Of a DNA stretch of 64,000 bases, positions 1-10,700 are shown piece by piece. The position numbers and the translations under genes were made by a program. The notes below the pieces were generated by a model, which saw only the letters and a program-made list of their open reading frames with translations, searched no databases and was not told the DNA's origin. The DNA is from Eledone cirrhosa. Its lineage: Eukaryota. The DNA lies in NCBI GenBank assembly GCA_964016885.1, contig OZ024742.1:271932001-271996000 (forward strand), given 5' to 3'. Position 1 is the stretch's first letter. Every line of letters starts with the position of its first letter.

Positions 1-700
1 GCTGGTTCTGCTTTTGAAATTGGTGATGAGTTGTATTCCTTGTCGGTTAGGCCTTCTCTGTAAAGGGTTGTTAGGGATTTTAGGTTTCTCATTATTTTCT
101 GTTGTGTGTAGTGTTGGGTCTTTTGGTAATATCTTTGATTTTCTAGAGTTGAGAGTACTAGAGTCGTGTAGTAATCTATCTTCATGAGGACTACTGCACT
201 CCCTTTATCCGCCTCTTTGATTGTTAGGGTTTTGACTTTTAAGACCATTCCATTCTTTTTTACTTAGGTTTGGTTTTTCTTTATGTCTGTGTAGGTGGTG
301 GTATGGGTAATTAGAAATGTGTTTGCAGAATTGATCTAGCAATTTATTTTGTCTTTTGGTGGGGTGAAGTTGCTTCTATTTCTGGCTATTGAGTCATCCT
401 CATTGTATTTGTCGTATAGTTGCTCGCTGAGTCTAATTTTCTCCAGAATTCTGCAATGTCTTCCTTCATTTCGGAGTAGTTTGATCGTTGGGCAGTTGGT
501 GTAAATTTCAGACCTTTAGAGAGTATGTTGATTTGGTCTGTTATTAATTCTTTAGATGTTAAATTAACGATTTTTATTACATTTTGTGTCTTCTGTTTGT
601 TTTGTGTTACCTCCCCCTGCATATTAACTTTCTAAAAAAGGAAAACATACCCAAACCCAGACTTCCATTTGCCTCCATCATGGATCAACTTTTCAAAGCG
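1..700 (-). mobile_element. Penelope-like element, N-terminal/RT-start fragment (degenerate, runs off the window)
   Basis: ORF 386-622 has IVNLTSKEL..QINILSKGLKFTPT, the typical PLE N-terminal motif; minus strand at ~181-230 reads TLTIKEADKGSAVVLM (PLE 'ADKG' motif). Confidence 0.85.
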
Positions 701-1154
701 CTCTTGCTATAATAACACTTTTTGAACTGCTTATCCTCAAGAACTATTCCTGTAATTAATATTATTCTTTCTTTTCGATTACCTTATGATGTTTCTCATC
801 ACGCCCTTTTATTTCTTTTTCTTTATATTTCAAAACCTAGTTTGTGTATAATATTATTCTTTCTTTCGCATTTCCTTACCATGTTCAACATCACTCTATC
901 TTCTCTCTACATTTTGTACCAATACAAATCCCCCACTTTGATAATGCATAAAATGCTAAAACCGGTAATTGACAATTATTAACTACATAAATAAATAAAT
1001 AAATGCTATTATTAATTAATAAATAAATTAACTAATACCTTAACACTTCACACAAAGTAAAATATTTGGTGTTAAACATTTTCTAACACAAACAAAAGTG
1101 AAAAAGATAAAGGAAACAAAAATTTGTCTTCCTGATAATCGTCTTTTTCTTCAT

Positions 1155-1158
<4 letters not shown>

Positions 1159-1249
<91 letters not shown>

Positions 1250-1250
1250 T

Positions 1251-1292
<42 letters not shown>
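1159..1292. repeat. Compound (CA)n-(TA)n microsatellite
   Basis: Directly visible. Confidence 0.95.
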
Positions 1293-1295
<3 letters not shown>

Positions 1296-1586
1296 TCATT
1301 TTCTTTTAGTCGTTTTGGAAGACTCAACAATGCAGATGGGTATTTCTCCGGGTAACAGGATCCGGTGGTGAAGAGAGAGATCTAATGGAATGTAGAATGA
1401 GATGTATAGTGTGTAGAGGAACGCAGGAAAGAGCGTAACAAATAAAAATAATAACAGGAGATATACTTACCTAACCTCCCTCTCGGACCCCCCCCCCCCC
1501 AGTTGACGGATGCGAATCCGAAATATAGGGACAATTAAATCTCTCCAAGGTAACTCTATCTCGTGTTATTATTTTTATTTTTTACG

Positions 1587-1766
1587 GTGGATTGGCAGTA
1601 TCGGTAGAGGGTCTGACGCCATGCTTTCCAGCATAGTTACTTCCCTTTACGATCTGAGTTCAAATCCCGCCGAGGTTGACTTTGCCTTTCATGCTTACGG
1701 GGTCGATAAAATAAAGTACCAGTAATGTACTGGGTAATTGCTGGCCTTGTGCCTAAAGTAGAAACA
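1587..1766 (+). mobile_element. tRNA-type SINE, full length, with 19-bp TSD
   Basis: A-box TGGCAGTATCGG, B-box GAGTTCAAATCC, central GACTTTGCCTTTCAT..CGGGGTCGATAAAATAAAGTACCAG (recalled as MetaSINE-like core, unverified). TSD ATTATTTTTATTTTTTACG at 1568-1586 and 1767-1785. Confidence 0.9.
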
Positions 1767-1792
1767 ATTATTTTTATTTTTTACGCTCTTTC

Positions 1793-2703
1793 CTACCTTG
1801 GCGTTCTATAGAAGATTAGTGGAGGGGAAGTGCGACGACGTACTTGGGGAAAATCTAGGCGTCGACGAAAATCAACTAGCCAATCTCTTCGGAAGAACTT
1901 TCGGGCCGGGTTCTATGGACAACTTCCATAAATCCCTCGACTGGCAGTGCTAACGAGGAGCTTTGCCAGTTCGGGATAAACTCTACAGGCATGAAAGTGC
2001 TGTCAGCCGGGCATGTCCGAGATGCACGCAAGGCGACAAAACCGTCCTGCCCGCACTGGTCCAGTGTCCGAGCATTGCTGACGTGTGGGTTTATGTCGAA
2101 CACCTGCTGTCGCGTGTAGGACGGATCCGGCTATCATCTGTGTCCATCGTGAGTATTGCACCGCCCTCTTCCTTTAGGCGGGAAGAGCAGGCAGTTTTTA
2201 TGCCTCTGGTGGCCATGGCGAAAGAGATAGTATGGTGGACACGTTTGAAAGGGCTGAAGATGAGCACTTACCTCTTCGGTGATGCACTGATTAACTTTTT
2301 CAAATTTCATTTGAAAAGGAAAATCAGGGTAGAGAGGGAAGTGCTCTCTTTCCAGCACTTTGTTGAAAGATGGGTGAGAGAAGCAAGAATGGCTCGAATG
2401 AATGGGTCTACTCTTAGTATGTGTCTGTAAATTAAAGGTGGAAAACTGCGAGAGGGCACTTGCCCTGGTGGTCAGAGTCACCGTGGCTTTTTTAATGGGT
2501 TTTCTCCACGAATATCCCTCGAAAGTATCCCCCCTATTGGGGAATTTTTCATTCTTTCCTTCTTTGTTACATCCTCTGCTTTTTGTTTTACACGCAGAAA
2601 TGCCCATCTGTACCGTCCTGTATTGTCCTGTATTGTCCTGTATTGTCCTGTTTTGTCCTTAATGTCTTACTTTGTGTAAACCTTTGTGGTTAATAATGAA
2701 AGC
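1793..2703 (+). mobile_element. Tx1-clade LINE, 5'-truncated (ORF2 C-terminus plus 3' UTR)
   Basis: ORF 1963-2430 has a zf-RVT-like CPRC..TVLPALVQCP; closely matches the 3' ends of the copies at 7780 and 30776; followed by (TTA)n. Confidence 0.9.
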
Positions 2704-2734
2704 ATTATTATTATTATTATTTTAAATTTCTTTT

Positions 2735-2822
2735 ATTATTGTTTCTGAGATATATGCCGAGTGTCTTCCTGACACCTAGGGCAAATAAATTCAAAGTGTG
2801 CATTGGTAAGCCAGTTAATATA
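2735..2822 (-). mobile_element. Short 3'-end fragment of Dong/R4 subfamily C
   Basis: Reverse complement of ~54643-54729 (TTAACTGGCTTACCAATGCACACT...GTCAGGAAGACACTCG...TCTCAGAAACAATAAT); lies tail-to-tail with the Tx1 copy across a TTA tract. Confidence 0.85.
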
Positions 2823-3663
2823 GCATATTGATTATAATTATTATTTTTATTGGCAAGGAATTCTAATTGCAGAATGATCGTAGCCAAAACGGAAAGTAAA
2901 ATATTAAACGGTTGACTGAATGCGATAAGAGGAATGGACTGCGTTATGATAGAAAGTGGGAAAATATAGCAACAAATACAAGGAGAAATATCACTGTTCT
3001 GAAAAATATCAACTAACATCATCAGTAATAGCAAAACAGAAATCATTCATGTCATTGAAATTACGATTGATAATATTTGCCAAATATTTTATCTATGGGA
3101 AAAATTTAGAAATAGATATAGTAGTTGACATAACCCCCTCTAGTAAGTGTCAAGATGAATAGAAAACACATCTTCCAAACGATAAGAATTATGAAAATAA
3201 ACAATGAATATGTGCATGCATACACACACAGGCACTCACATACATGCATATACACACATGCATACACACATATGAAAACACACACACACACATATATATA
3301 CGTGCACACACACACATACACACAAATATATACATATAAGAACAAAGAAGTTTCGTTTACATGTATTTATGATATTACTGGATATCGAAATGTTTCGCAG
3401 ATATTTGGTTTAAGGTCTCTATGGAAGTTGTGGGCCCTCAACAGTATCAATTTTCTGGTCAGACTGATAGTTCAGTAAAAGCCGAAGTGTTTGTGGTGAT
3501 ATGTGAAATATTGGTTATGTATAAACATCAGCTCTATTTATTTTGGTGTGGTGTGTTCGTATGTAGGCGTTTCAGTGCGGAGCATGCCTACTTGTGTATG
3601 TATAGGTATATGTAAACGTGTATATATTTGTGTTTATGCCTATCTATTCATTCCAAGTGTGTG

Positions 3664-3695
<32 letters not shown>

Positions 3696-3721
3696 GAAGC
3701 ACCAAAGAATCAATACGTTTT

Positions 3722-3858
3722 TAAACTAACACAAGTTTCAGCCGAGAGAGCTTGGTCCCTACGTTATATAGTTACATCATTTAAACATTCTTTAAAAGAA
3801 AAATGATTTTCAAATTTTACATCATGAATGGGTTCAAAGTCGGCATTATCAGAGTTTA
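3722..3858 (-). ncRNA. Degenerate type I hammerhead ribozyme with extended stem II (PLE-associated)
   Basis: Minus strand: TAAACT-CTGATAA-T-GCCGA...TCGGC-T-GAAAC-TTGT-GTT-AGTTTA. Stems I, II and III all pair; the core G8 is mutated to A. Confidence 0.55.
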
Positions 3859-4099
3859 TATTCAGATAGTATTTATTCATATATATATATATCAATTATA
3901 AAAATTACATCAACAATTATAGCGAGAACGTGTTTCAAATAGGATGCAATATCATGGGAAGTCCTCGATTAATAAATGTATATATCACTTCAGAGCTGCT
4001 TTAACAATATTAACATCATCCGTAGTCAATTTAGTTGGTTTATGGTGGCTGTGCTAGTGTTTTATGTTTTTTGTGAGTGATATGGTTGTTTATTTTCAT

Positions 4100-4680
4100 G
4101 ATAAGATACAATATTCTAATAATATAGGTAGAGAAATCATCCCAGGAAATAAAGAATGTATAAACCCAAGAAAAAAAACACCTCTAACCGCAATGGCACT
4201 AGAACCCTACCTAGTCACAACCAACTTATACAAATGTCTTATTATAACCTTAACAGTAATTGTAGGTATAAGGTAAATTGCTCACTTAAGAATAGATGCT
4301 GAACTAAAAACATTGTGAATGAACGCATTCTAGGTGCACAAAATACATCCAAATTATATACAGGGGCAGCTCTCAATAATTTCAAAATATATATTAGGCC
4401 CACACACATTCTTTAAGATAAAAGCAAACTCAAACATGTAGCACATTTAGCTAGTTGCGTCAGGGAATTAAACATTAAACATATAACCGCACACACAACA
4501 CTGGGAGATTTATGTAGAGTAGCTTCATATCGTCCAAAAAATAAAACTTGTAGATTATGCCTATTGCAATCTCAATTAATAATTACATTTAGTCCGCATA
4601 TTCTGAACCGTAGATCTTAAATCCTCCCTAATTGCCTCCATAGGCTGTTCCAATGTTTTGAATACTATTCGCCTGAATAA
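4100..4680 (+). pseudogene. Degenerate Penelope-like (Naiad-type) GIY-YIG endonuclease fragment
   Basis: Hand translation across frameshifts gives YTGAALNNFK, WEI.CRVASYRPKNKTCRLCLLQ and ILNRRS*ILPNCLHR, collinear with ORF 29139-29810. Confidence 0.7.
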
Positions 4681-4774
4681 ACATCACAGATCTGTCATCT
4701 ATCACTCTCCATAAGTAACGCTACCCTGTGTATAGCAACATTAGATATATAGAATAATAACAGTATAATATAAT

Positions 4775-4953
4775 TGTTACTACTTTTGGAACAAGGCCAG
4801 CAATTACACAGTACATTACTGGTACTTTATTTTATCGACCCCGTAGGGATGAAAGCAAAGTTAACCTCGGTGGGATTTGAACTCAGATCGTAACGGGACG
4901 TAACTATGTTGGAAAGCATGGCGTCCGACTCTCTACCGATACTGCCAATCCAT
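4775..4953 (-). mobile_element. tRNA-type SINE (same family)
   Basis: Reverse complement of 1587-1766. Confidence 0.9.
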
Positions 4954-5104
4954 ATCTAACAGGAGTGGAAGTTTAACCTAAATGTGAACATCTAAGTAGC
5001 CCCAATATATATAGTTATAGCATTAGAGTTTAATACTAGAGAAATTATGTCAGGCGTACTACATTTTAAGGCACACCCATTACACTCAAGCTAGAGTAAA
5101 TAAT

Positions 5105-5343
5105 TGTTTCTACGTTTGGCACAAGGTCAGCAATTATGCCAGTGCATTACTGTAAATAATTGTTTCTACTATTGGCACAAGGCCAGCAATTACCCAGTAC
5201 ATTAATGGTACTTTATGTTATCGACCCCGTAAGGATGAAAGGCAAAGCTAACCTCGGCGTGATTTGAACTCAGAATGGCAAGGGCAGTAACTCTATGCGT
5301 CAAAGTATGGCGTCCGAACCTCTACCGATACTGCCAATCCACA
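5105..5343 (-). mobile_element. tRNA-type SINE (5161-5343) plus an extra tandem copy of its 3' tail (5105-5152)
   Basis: Same family; the tail TGTTTCTAC..TGGCACAAGG..CAGCAATTA occurs twice. Confidence 0.85.
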
Positions 5344-6124
5344 ATACTTGCCATTAATATGGCCAATTTAGAAAATCACATTAGCCATAATATAAAAATG
5401 TACTGGGTGTAGGTAGCCATTTGACCTTAATGTGAACCTGTATTAAGCCCAAATGCATATAATAATAGCAATAATCTACGACGCAACAAATTAAGAATCC
5501 TTAAGTGGCCCATTTTCATAAGTATATGTATACACATATAATGATAACATTAGGCAACATTCTTCCACAGATCATCGCAGATAGGGTGCAACTCAGGGCA
5601 ATCTCATCAATCTAATGATAATGTAAACAGTACTGTCCCTAAATATAATCACTTTACACAAATAAATCAGCAATATTTTGCGAGTGCTTATGATTTATGT
5701 AGATAATCGACCTTACTACGTACCCCTATGAAGCCCCGAAGCCTTTAGTGTAAAGAAAGGGCCATACCCTACATATATATATATTAAATTTTGCATGATA
5801 TACTAGGGGTATTTTCCTCTATCTCAAGGCAAATTAGGCATTATTAAACCTTGAAGTATCACACATTTAATATTTACTCATACATTTAATTTCGTTAATT
5901 GATTACCCCAAATTGTAAATGTTAACACTTAAACTTAGAGAATACCTTATGTATAATGACCCATTGAAATAGGCCTTCATTGGTTTTTTAACGTTACATT
6001 CCCTTAAATAGATATGTTTTCTAATTCATTAGAAACCCTCATATGTATTTAACTTTACATTTCTGCAAATAGATACAATTCATAATGTAGGGAACTAAAT
6101 TATCACATCTTGGGTTCTTCTCTA

Positions 6125-7745
6125 TTTAGAGAGGTGCATCCTCGCGAAGTGGAGAGAATGCTCAGCTGATGTCCTAAACCCGATTATAAAAGCCTCTTCG
6201 AATGTACATGGGGTGTATTTGGGAGCGGTGTCAAATCTCTGACAGGCTGATATCACAAGAGCAGTTGAAATGATCAAATGTGGCAAATCCGATGGGGAAG
6301 ATGAAATCCGGACCAGGATGATACAAGCCTTTAAAAGAGATGGAATTCGCTGGCTACCTATTGTGTGCAGGGTGGCCTGGATGGCTTGAAAGGCACTGAA
6401 GCATTGGCAATCGGGATTGATCATCCCAATTTTCAAAGAGGGAGGCAATTAGACAGGAATGTCCTTGTTAAGCATTCTCGGGAAGGAGTCTGGCAAATAA
6501 ATGCAGAGAGATCGTTGGGTCCAAGCTAACTGAATAACAGTGTGATTTTCGCCACGGACAGAGCACAGCTGATCAAATATTCACACTGACACAGATATCC
6601 AAAACATCGTGGGAGTATTGTCAAGAAGTATATTCTTCTTTTGTCGAGCTTGAGAAGTCATATGACCGCGTCCATAGGGACCTGGTATGGAAGGCAGTGC
6701 AGGAGTATGGGATTGGTGATCAGTTTCTTGCTGCCCTGATGTCTCTATACGAATACCCGAGTATTCGTGTTCGGACAAATAGTGCTATATCGAATGTGGG
6801 AGTCGGATTTCACCGAAAGGTGCGTACTGTCACCTCTTATGTTTATTATTTACATGAAAAGGGCAGTGGATTGGCAGTATCGGTAGAGGGTCGGACGCCA
6901 TGCTTTGACGCATAGAGTTTCGGCCCTTTCCATTCTCAGTTGCCTTTCATCCTTACGGGGTCGATAAAATAAAGTACCAGTAATGTACTGGGTAATTGCT
7001 GGCCTTGTGCCAAAGGTAGAAACAATTATTTACATGAAAAGGTTTGAAATGCACAGCCGGGTTGTAAGTTGTATCATGGCTGACGGGTGTAACATCAGTC
7101 AGCTGGAATTTGCAGACGACGTAGTTTTACTCAACTAGACAGAAGATGATCTTCGACTTGCACTTGATGGGTTTCATGCCGAGTGCTACATGGCTAAACT
7201 GCAAATCACTGATGCGATGCCTACGCAGTACACGATACATGTTAATGATTTTACACTGAAGCAGGTAGAGTAGTTCAAGTAACTCGGGGCTGTGTTCACG
7301 AGTGATGGGAATGAGGCGGCTAAATTAAGTGCAAGAATTGCAAAAGCTGGTGCAGTAATGCGCCAGCTTCAGCGTTCTGTAATCAAAGGAAAGGTGGAAG
7401 GCATAAAAGCCAAATTCGCTGTATTCAGTTCGTTTTTCTTTTCGTGCCAAACATTACCTATGATCATGAATCTTGGGTAATGACCGAAAGAATAAGACAG
7501 ACAATACAAGTGACCGAATTGGGACTCCTCCGAAGCGTCTTCGGAGTAACGTTACCCGATAAATGCGTAGCTCCGGGATGAGAGAGTCTCTCCAGGTACA
7601 GCCACTACTACACTGAATTGAGAGATCACAGATCCAATAATACGGGTATGTGGTTAGAATGACTCAGGAAACGTCGCTGGGTAGATTTTAGAGTCGAAAA
7701 CAACAGTTTGAAAACCCAGGTGTAGATCTCGAGCAAGGGAGTCAG
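6125..7745 (+). mobile_element. RTE-clade LINE, degenerate RT and C-terminus, interrupted by a SINE
   Basis: Hand translation gives GKSDGEDEI, WQSGLIIPIFKEG, QCDFRHGQSTADQIFTL, YDRVHRDLVW..QEYGI, VLSPLMFIIYM, LEFADDVVLL and TYDHESWVMT; many stops and frameshifts. Confidence 0.85.
6863..7024 (+). mobile_element. tRNA-type SINE inserted in the RTE RT, 18-bp TSD, B-box region deleted
   Basis: TSD ATTATTTACATGAAAAGG at 6845-6862 and 7025-7042. Confidence 0.9.
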
Positions 7746-7779
7746 GAATTATAATAATCATAATAATAATAATAATATT

Positions 7780-10700
7780 GATTTATTTATTAACCACAAG
7801 GGTTTACATAAGGTGGGACATTAAGGACAGTACAGGACAATACAGGGCGGTACAAATGGGCATTTCTGAGTGTAAAAAAAACAAGAAACAGAGGATGTAA
7901 TAATAGAACAATGAAAAAATTCCCCAATAGGGGTGGGGAGACTTCCGAGAGACATTCGTGGAGAAAGCCCATTAAAAAGCCACAGTGAATCTGACCACCA
8001 GGGCAAGTGCCCTCTCCCAGTTTTTCACCTTTAATTTGCAGACACATACTCAGAGTAGGCCCATTCACTCGGGCCATTCTTGCCTCTCTCACCCATCTTT
8101 CAACAAAATGCTGGGAAGAGAGCACTTCCATTTCTACCCGGATTTTCCTTTTCAAATGAAATTTGAAAAGGTTAATCAGGCATCACCGAAGAGGTAAGTG
8201 CTCGTCTTCAGCTCTTTCAAACGTGTCCACCATACTATCTCTTTCGCCATGGCCACCTGACAGATAAAAACTGCTTGCCCTTCCGACTAAAATGAGGGCG
8301 GGGCAATACTCACGATGGACTGAGCTGATAGCGGGATCCGTCCCACACGCGAAAGCAGGTGTTCGACATAAACCCTCAAGTCAGCAATGCTCGGACACTG
8401 GACGAGTGCGTGCAGGACGGTTTTGTCGCCCTGCGCGCATCTCGGACAGGCCCGGCTGACGGCACCTCCATGCCTGTAGAGATTATCACGAACTGTCAAA
8501 GCTCCTCGGTAGCACTGCCAGGCCAGGGATTTCTGAAAGTTGTCCATAGGCCCCGGCCCTAAAGTTCTTCCGATGAGATTGGCTAGTTGATTTTTGTCGA
8601 CGCCTAGGGTTTCCCCAAGTAGGTCGTCGCTCTTCCCCTCCACTAATCCTCTATAGAACGCCAAGGTGGAGTTTCCACCGATCACATTGCCCGATTAGTC
8701 GAGGGCTATGAGCGCCTGAAGACATTCCAGTCTCCAAGCGCTCCCTCTCAGTCTTCACTTGACCCAGGACTGCAGCTCCGTCAAGGAGACGAGCTGGAGA
8801 AAGACGCGTCTAGCAAACGGAGACCACACCTGATCACCGTCGAGGAAGAGGCGGAGATGTCGTAGCCTGAGCGCGTGTCTGCGCATCATCAGCCACGGCA
8901 TTCCCAGCCCTCCACGTAGCGGGTGTTGACAGCTGATGGACCGCCTGACCATCGGAGCGCGTCCCTTCCACAAAAAGCGAAAGAGCAAACGCTCCAGCGC
9001 AGTCAGGCGGGGCTTAGGACAAGGTACGACGGTCAGGCGGTAGTAGATGACGGACGCGATATACGCGTTAGCCACCTCCGCTCGACCTTTCAGGGATAGC
9101 TTCCTCTCGGCCCATTTCTGGGTGAGAGAAGCCACCCTGCTCGTCACCTCGTCCCAGTTTTTGTCCGTCTGGAGGTCTGGACCGAACCAGAACCCGAGCA
9201 ATTTAACTGGTCCGTCCGTCCAGCGCCCGACGACGCTGTTGTACGGCATGGACCTGCCTCTCCAGGTGCCGAGCTGCAGGCCCACTGACTTTTCCTGGTT
9301 GATCATTGGTCGTATTCTCTTAGTGTAGTGCCGATCGCCTCGATGTGTTTGGCGTTCGACACCACTACGGTGACATCGTCCGCATGTGCTGACACGGATC
9401 TTAAGCATCCTAGTTCGCACGGGACCCCACTCGACGTCCACAGTTTGTGCAGTAATGCCACGAGAGTCAATACCTACAAGAGGGACGAGAAGGGACATCT
9501 TTGGCGGACCGAGCGCATGATGTTGAACGGTTCCGAAAGGTGACCGTTCACTCTCACCACTGAGCAGATGTCGCTGTGCATGGCAGCGATCCAGCTTCTT
9601 AAGAGGGACCCAAAGCCAGCCGCCCTCAGGACTGCCGCTAGGTAACGATGGTCGACACTATCGAAAGGTTTCGACTGATCTAAATTGATAAATGACCCAC
9701 CCGTGCCAGGTTCCCTAGTCACCTCTTTGCCAACCTCTTTGCTAGCATCTTGGCCCAAATCTTGAACTCTCTGTTTAGCAGAGTTATGGGCCTAAAATTA
9801 TCTATGTTAACCCCCTTGTTCGGATCCTTTCTCAGCAGCACCACAGCTCCTCGGCTCACAGAGCTGGGAATTCTCCCGTTCTGTTGCCAGTTGCAGTAGA
9901 CGTCCGCCAAGAAGCCTCCGAACAAATCTGGCATCTGTACGTAAAGTTCATAGGGCAGACCATCCAAACCAGTCGAGTTATCCCTTGTGCAGCCAGTCAT
10001 TGCCTCCCGTACTTCAGCGGCTGTTATCGGCTTTTCGCAACACTCCGTCTCAGTGACCAAGAGTCGCGGCAGTCCGTCGAGGTAGACACTAAAGTCCACC
10101 CCTCGATCCGGCCCGCCGCTGCCACCGAACAACTGAACGAAGTGTCGCTGAAAAGCTTCACACATTTGCCCGGGATCGAGTAGCATGCGCCCGTCGTGGT
10201 CCACCAAAGACCGGATCATGGTTTGTTGCCACGACGCGCCTCCGCCACTCGGGTCCATTGAACGGCTTTCGTCCCCTCGTGTCTGAGAGCACGCACCCTC
10301 GCTCTGACAACGCAGCCTTCGTGCTTTGCATTGAAGAATTGGTCAAGGGCCAATTTCGCCGCAAGTATGTCGGTTGCAATGCCTTTGCTAAGCGCCTCGT
10401 CTAATTTTCTAACTAATTCTCCCTCTGCTCTATTTTTGTCTATATCTAAATACTTACTAAACCTAATGGACTCTATTCTAATTGCTCTTTTCAGAGCAAA
10501 CCACCACTTGTTGTTGACGATGGCCCCCGTCAACGCCCACTTAACTAGTTCGCTAATCCGGTCTCTGTTGGCCTTGCGCGCTGGTAAAGACGCGTTTAGC
10601 TTCCAGTAACCGGGTCCTCGTCTATGAAGCCTATCTCAGTCAAGCACACAGATCACGAATTTGTGGTCCGTGTAGCTGACTATCTTCAATTGTGGACAGC

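Noticed and set aside
1072-1355. ORFs rich in YIYI/HTHT/CVCV (also at 23483, 27179, 30058, 56019 and others)
   Set aside because: They are translations of dinucleotide microsatellites.
1587-1675. Possible tRNA gene
   Set aside because: A and B boxes are present, but it is a multicopy SINE head with TSDs and no cloverleaf is evident.
3378-3450. Minus-strand CTGTTGA...CGAAAC hammerhead-like spacing
   Set aside because: Stems II and III and the cleavage triplet do not form convincingly.
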